Part shown: positions 59,927 to 64,000 of the stretch, piece by piece
Position numbering within the stretch: the first letter of the stretch is position 1
How the letters are laid out: every line of letters starts with the position of its first letter
Assembly (NCBI GenBank): GCA_965277715.1
Contig: OZ255836.1
Location: 2,784,001-2,848,000 of the forward strand
Direction of reading: 5' to 3'
DNA from: Gammaproteobacteria bacterium
GTDB lineage: Bacteria; Pseudomonadota; Gammaproteobacteria; JBCCGL01
DNA: 64,000 bases
The notes under the pieces: generated by a model
The model's database searches: none
The model's input: the letters and a program-made list of their open reading frames with translations, nothing else
What the model was told of the DNA's origin: nothing
Position numbers and translations under genes: made by a program

Positions 59927-62900
59927 ATGACCTCATTACTTACCCGTATCACCTGCGTATCTACCGTAGTATGCGCCCTAATAGTACAGGCGCTGCCTGC
60001 AACGGCGGTTGAAGTTGGCGCTACCGCAGGTGAATTCAATGTATCAAATGGTAATGCCAGCTATACCCTTCCAATTAAAGTCGCCCCTGGCCGTGGGAGT
60101 ATGCAGCCAGACGTTGCGCTTTCTTATAACAGTGCGGCAGGCAACGGTATTATGGGGGTGGGATGGAACCTTAGCGCGGTATCGGCGATCAGCCGCTGCC
60201 CGGCCAATCTGGCGCAGGACGGTTTTATCAGCGACATAACCTTTGGCGATAAAAGCCGTTATTGTCTGGATGGTGAACGTTTGATTCCCGTCAGTGGGGC
60301 AAACGGTGCTGTTGGCACTGAGTATCGTACGGAAATTGATGGTTATTCACGCATTCGTTCGGTGGGGGGTAGTGCTAACAATCCGGCTTATTTTGTGGTG
60401 GATACCAAGGCCGGTCATACCATGACATTTGGTTTGGGCAGTAACGCTGCATTAGCATTTGCGCAGGGACGGTTAGTTTGGTCTGTCAGTGAGGTTAATG
60501 ACACTACGGGTAATAATCCCATTAAGTTTAGATACTTTATTGACGGCAACCAACAGCACTTAAAAAGTGTTAATTATAGTAATGGAGAAATTTTAATAGG
60601 CTATGAATCTAGAGAGGATATTCTTTCACATGAACAATCTGGTCGGACAATAAAAACGGAACGTCGGGTCAGAAATCTAACAGTATACAGCTATGGGAAA
60701 CAGGTAAGGGTATATACAGTTTATTACAAGCAATTGGGTTTAAGTAAGCTCTCTGTTATCGATAAAATACTAGAGTGCGGATCCCAGAACCAATGTTTTA
60801 ACAGTATTGAATTGGAATGGACAGAAGGCGCTAACACTTGGCAATTCACGCCTGAATATACCCCACCTTTTCATATTGCCGCTGATGGCATTGGGGATTT
60901 GGGCGCGCGTTTTGTCGATGTTAACGGCGATGGTTTAGTGGATATGGTCTACCATCGATGGGTAAATAGTTCAACTCAACAAAAAGGGGCGTATATCAAT
61001 ACGGGTAGTGGCTGGAGAGCAGCACCTGAATATACCCCACCTTTTCATATTGTCGCTGATGGCCTTGGGGATTTGGGCGCGCGTTTTGTCGATGTCAACG
61101 GCGATGGTTTAGTGGATATGGTTTACCATCGATGGATAAATGGTTCAATTCAGCAAAAAGGGGCGTATATCAATACGGGTAGTGGCTGGAGAGCAGCACC
61201 TGAATATACCCCACCTTTTCATATTGTCGCTGATGGCCTTGGGGATTTGGGCGCGCGTTTTGTTGATGTCAATGGCGATGGTTTAGTGGATATGGTTTAC
61301 CATCGATGGGCAAGTAGTTCAACTCAACAAAAAGGGGCGTATATCAATACGGGCAGTGGCTGGAGAGCAGCACCTGAATATACCCCACCTTTTCATATTG
61401 TCGCTGATGGCCTTGGGGATTTGGGTGCGCGTTTTGTCGATGTCAACGGCGATGGTTTAGTGGATATGGTTTACCATCGATGGGCAAGTAATTCAATTCA
61501 GCAAAAAGGGGCGTATATCAATACGGGCAGTGGCTGGAGAGCAGCACCTGAATATACCCCACCTTTTCATATTGTCGCTGATGGCATTGGGGATTTGGGC
61601 GCGCGTTTTGTCGATGTCAACGGCGATGGTTTAGTGGATATGGTTTACCATCGATGGGCAAGTAATTCAATTCAGCAAAAAGGGGCGTATATCAATACGG
61701 GCAGTGGCTGGAGAGCAGCACCTGAATATACCCCACCTTTTCATATTGTCGCTGATGGCATTGGGGATTTGGGCGCGCGTTTTGTCGATGTTAACGGCGA
61801 TGGTTTAGTGGATATGGTCTACCATCGATGGGCAAGTAATTCAATTCAGCAAAAAGGGGCGTATATCAATACGGGTAGTGGCTGGAGAGCAGCACCTGAA
61901 TATACCCCACCTTTTCATATTGCCGCTGATGGCATTGGGGATTTGGGCGCGCGTTTTGTCGATGTTAACGGCGATGGTTTAGTGGATATGGTCCACCATC
62001 GATGGAAAAATAGTTCAACTCAACAAAAAGGGGCGTATATCAATACGGGCAGAAAGGTATTGTTGGCTTCGATTACAGGCTCCTTTAACGATAAAACCCA
62101 ATTAAGCTACACACTGCTTACCGATAAAACCGTTTATACCAAAGGCACTGGCGCCGCTTATCCGGTAATTGACCTACAGTACCCCCAATACGTGGTTAGC
62201 AGTGTTACCGCCGATGATGGCATCGGTGGCAGTATTTCTACAAATTACCACTACGAAGGATTAAAAGCCCATGTAAAAGGCCGGGGTTCCTACGGTTTTG
62301 CCAAAATTACCGAAACGTACCCTGACACAGGTAAAACACAGGAAACCTGGTTCGACCAGAGTGGCTTCCCCTTTACCGGCCATGTGCTCCGCCACACTGA
62401 ATCGTACAACGGGCAACTCCTGAATGAATCTACCACTGAATATAGCCAAGATAGTTACTATGCTGGGGTAGAGTCCGTCCACGCGCACCGCACCGTGCAG
62501 CGCAGTTATGAACTCGACGGTTCATTAATTAGCACCGTTACTTCACTGAGTGAAAACATAGATGCCTATGGCAATGTGGGAACTGTCACTGTTATCACTG
62601 AGGGTGGTGGTGAAACATTCACCCAAACCACCGTTAGCCAATACGACAACAATACAGATAACTGGCACCTTGGCCGCCTAATGGAAGCGCGTACTACCCA
62701 CACCACCCCCCAGGGCGATGCCACGCCCAAGCTCAGCCGCTTTACCTACGACGCCCATACCGGTTTGCTCGATTCGGAAAGTATTATCAGCACCCAAACC
62801 GGTGAAACCTTCCAAACAACGGTTTACCAATACGATAATTTTGGTCAGAAAATTGCTGTTACGCTCAGAGTGCCTAACCATGCTGATCGCACCAGCACCA

Positions 62901-64000
62901 CCGAACGGGATGTGCTGGGTCGCCCTACCAGAAGCTGCAACCCCCTTGGCTTGTGTGAAACCTTTGAATACAACGAACAGGGACTATTAGCCACGCAAAC
63001 AGGCCCCAATGGCATCACCACCCGTTGGTCATACGATAGCTTTCAGCGCAAACGCCTGGAAACGCGGGCCGACGGCAACCAGACCCGTATCGATTATTAC
63101 TTCGCCAATAGCAACCAATGCGGTGAACGAGCAACGTTTGCACACTACTGTAGTGTCACCGAGAGTAGCGGCAGCCCGGCGGTGACCGTACAGTTCGACA
63201 ACCTGGGCCGCGAAGTGCGCAAAATTACCACTGCACTCAACGGTTTAAAGGTTTACCACGAAACCGAGTACAACCATTTGGGCGAGGTATACCGTGTTAG
63301 CCGCCCTTACTTTTTGGGTGACAATATCTATTGGGCCAGTACCCAATACGACGCTATTGGGCGTGTGGTTGAAATCACCGAACCCGGCCCGCATGGCAGC
63401 ACGAATACAATCAACAACCGCTACAACGGGTTGACCACGACGACCTACAACGGCCCCAAGCAATTGGCGAAAACAACCCGCACCAATGCATTGGGACAAA
63501 CAGTGCGTGTTGAGGAGGAGGAAGGCAGTAGCGTTGAGTATCGCTACACAGTTGACGGTCAATTGCTGACCACCACGGTAGCAGGCGATGCCGCCACGAC
63601 CATTACCCTCGCATACGACGAGCGTGGCCGCAAAATCAGCATGGACGACCCCGATATGGGGTATTGGACTTATGCATACGATGCCTATGGTCAATTGATT
63701 CAGCAAACCGACGCCAAAGGCCAGGTTGTCACGATGGATTACGACCAACTGGGGCGCCTGGTGCGCCGCCAGGAAACCGAGGGCATCACCACATGGCAAT
63801 ACGGCGATACCAGTGCACCGTTGGGTAGCATTGGCAAACTCCTCGTCGAAAGTAACGGTGCTGTCAGTAAAACCTACGAATACGACCACTTTGGCCGTAC
63901 CGTTGCCACCACCCATATTATTGAAGGCACGGCCTACACCACGCGTGTTCACTACGATGCGCTGGGGCGCGTAATTAAAACTGACTACCCCGGTGGGCAG
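59927..64000 (+). CDS. Large secreted SpvB/TcdB-like + FG-GAP propeller + YD/Rhs-repeat protein, partial (runs off the right edge)
   Basis: RBS AAGGAG; signal peptide MTSLLTRITCVSTVVCALIVQALPATA; GNASYTLPIKVAPG, LSYNS..GNGIMGVGW, YCLDGERL; YD repeats and MDDPDMGYW; absent from the ORF track because it has no stop. Confidence 0.9.
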   Translation, partial: MTSLLTRITCVSTVVCALIVQALPATAVEVGATAGEFNVSNGNASYTLPIKVAPGRGSMQPDVALSYNSAAGNGIMGVGWNLSAVSAISRCPANLAQDGFISDITFGDKSRYCLDGERLIPVSGANGAVGTEYRTEIDGYSRIRSVGGSANNPAYFVVDTKAGHTMTFGLGSNAALAFAQGRLVWSVSEVNDTTGNNPIKFRYFIDGNQQHLKSVNYSNGEILIGYESREDILSHEQSGRTIKTERRVRNLTVYSYGKQVRVYTVYYKQLGLSKLSVIDKILECGSQNQCFNSIELEWTEGANTWQFTPEYTPPFHIAADGIGDLGARFVDVNGDGLVDMVYHRWVNSSTQQKGAYINTGSGWRAAPEYTPPFHIVADGLGDLGARFVDVNGDGLVDMVYHRWINGSIQQKGAYINTGSGWRAAPEYTPPFHIVADGLGDLGARFVDVNGDGLVDMVYHRWASSSTQQKGAYINTGSGWRAAPEYTPPFHIVADGLGDLGARFVDVNGDGLVDMVYHRWASNSIQQKGAYINTGSGWRAAPEYTPPFHIVADGIGDLGARFVDVNGDGLVDMVYHRWASNSIQQKGAYINTGSGWRAAPEYTPPFHIVADGIGDLGARFVDVNGDGLVDMVYHRWASNSIQQKGAYINTGSGWRAAPEYTPPFHIAADGIGDLGARFVDVNGDGLVDMVHHRWKNSSTQQKGAYINTGRKVLLASITGSFNDKTQLSYTLLTDKTVYTKGTGAAYPVIDLQYPQYVVSSVTADDGIGGSISTNYHYEGLKAHVKGRGSYGFAKITETYPDTGKTQETWFDQSGFPFTGHVLRHTESYNGQLLNESTTEYSQDSYYAGVESVHAHRTVQRSYELDGSLISTVTSLSENIDAYGNVGTVTVITEGGGETFTQTTVSQYDNNTDNWHLGRLMEARTTHTTPQGDATPKLSRFTYDAHTGLLDSESIISTQTGETFQTTVYQYDNFGQKIAVTLRVPNHADRTSTTERDVLGRPTRSCNPLGLCETFEYNEQGLLATQTGPNGITTRWSYDSFQRKRLETRADGNQTRIDYYFANSNQCGERATFAHYCSVTESSGSPAVTVQFDNLGREVRKITTALNGLKVYHETEYNHLGEVYRVSRPYFLGDNIYWASTQYDAIGRVVEITEPGPHGSTNTINNRYNGLTTTTYNGPKQLAKTTRTNALGQTVRVEEEEGSSVEYRYTVDGQLLTTTVAGDAATTITLAYDERGRKISMDDPDMGYWTYAYDAYGQLIQQTDAKGQVVTMDYDQLGRLVRRQETEGITTWQYGDTSAPLGSIGKLLVESNGAVSKTYEYDHFGRTVATTHIIEGTAYTTRVHYDALGRVIKTDYPGGQ
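60851..62052 (+). repeat. Seven tandem 174-bp (58-aa) coding repeats, FG-GAP-like blades
   Basis: Units start 60851, 61025, 61199, 61373, 61547, 61721 and 61895; PEYTPPFHIVADGLGDLGARFVDVNGDGLVDMVYHRW...QQKGAYINTGSGWRAA. Confidence 0.95.

Noticed and set aside
60851-62052. Possible CRISPR array or DGR template/variable repeats
   Set aside because: Contiguous in-frame 174-bp coding repeats with no unique spacers; no cas or reverse transcriptase gene in the window
63245-63952. 235-aa minus-strand ORF
   Set aside because: Antisense shadow of the YD-repeat gene

Overview
Bacterial (probably gammaproteobacterial) window in which GC-rich housekeeping blocks alternate with AT-rich, heavily rearranged accessory DNA. 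The housekeeping blocks are a glycerol ABC/glpD operon, a PIF1-like helicase, GlnA-like and MetX-like genes, a kinase-like sensor, a rhombosortase, an MCP and T2SS gspG-N. 1-9 kb holds a decayed integron-integrase remnant, IS4 and IS1111 pieces, two orphan Rhs toxin/immunity modules and a Phd-PIN TA pair. 20.1-41.9 kb is a defence-rich mosaic built from two repeating parts. The first is four near-identical copies of a 190-325 bp non-coding platform ending in TGTAAC-ATACT-GTT, each fused at GTT to a different gene. Two of these lead arrays with bona fide attC sites whose R'' boxes complement the cassette starts, so the platform looks like a multi-copy, integrase-less attI. The second is five copies (a sixth lies at 4.9-5.9 kb) of HUH Y1 (RAYT-like) transposase-DnaA_C elements with AAAGGGGTCA...TGACCCCTTT terminal inverted repeats that delimit and truncate the cargo. 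The window ends in a signal-peptide SpvB/FG-GAP/YD-repeat protein, missing from the ORF track, with seven near-identical 174-bp propeller-blade repeats. No rRNA, tRNA or CRISPR array was seen. All family calls are by motif recognition only; no searches were run.
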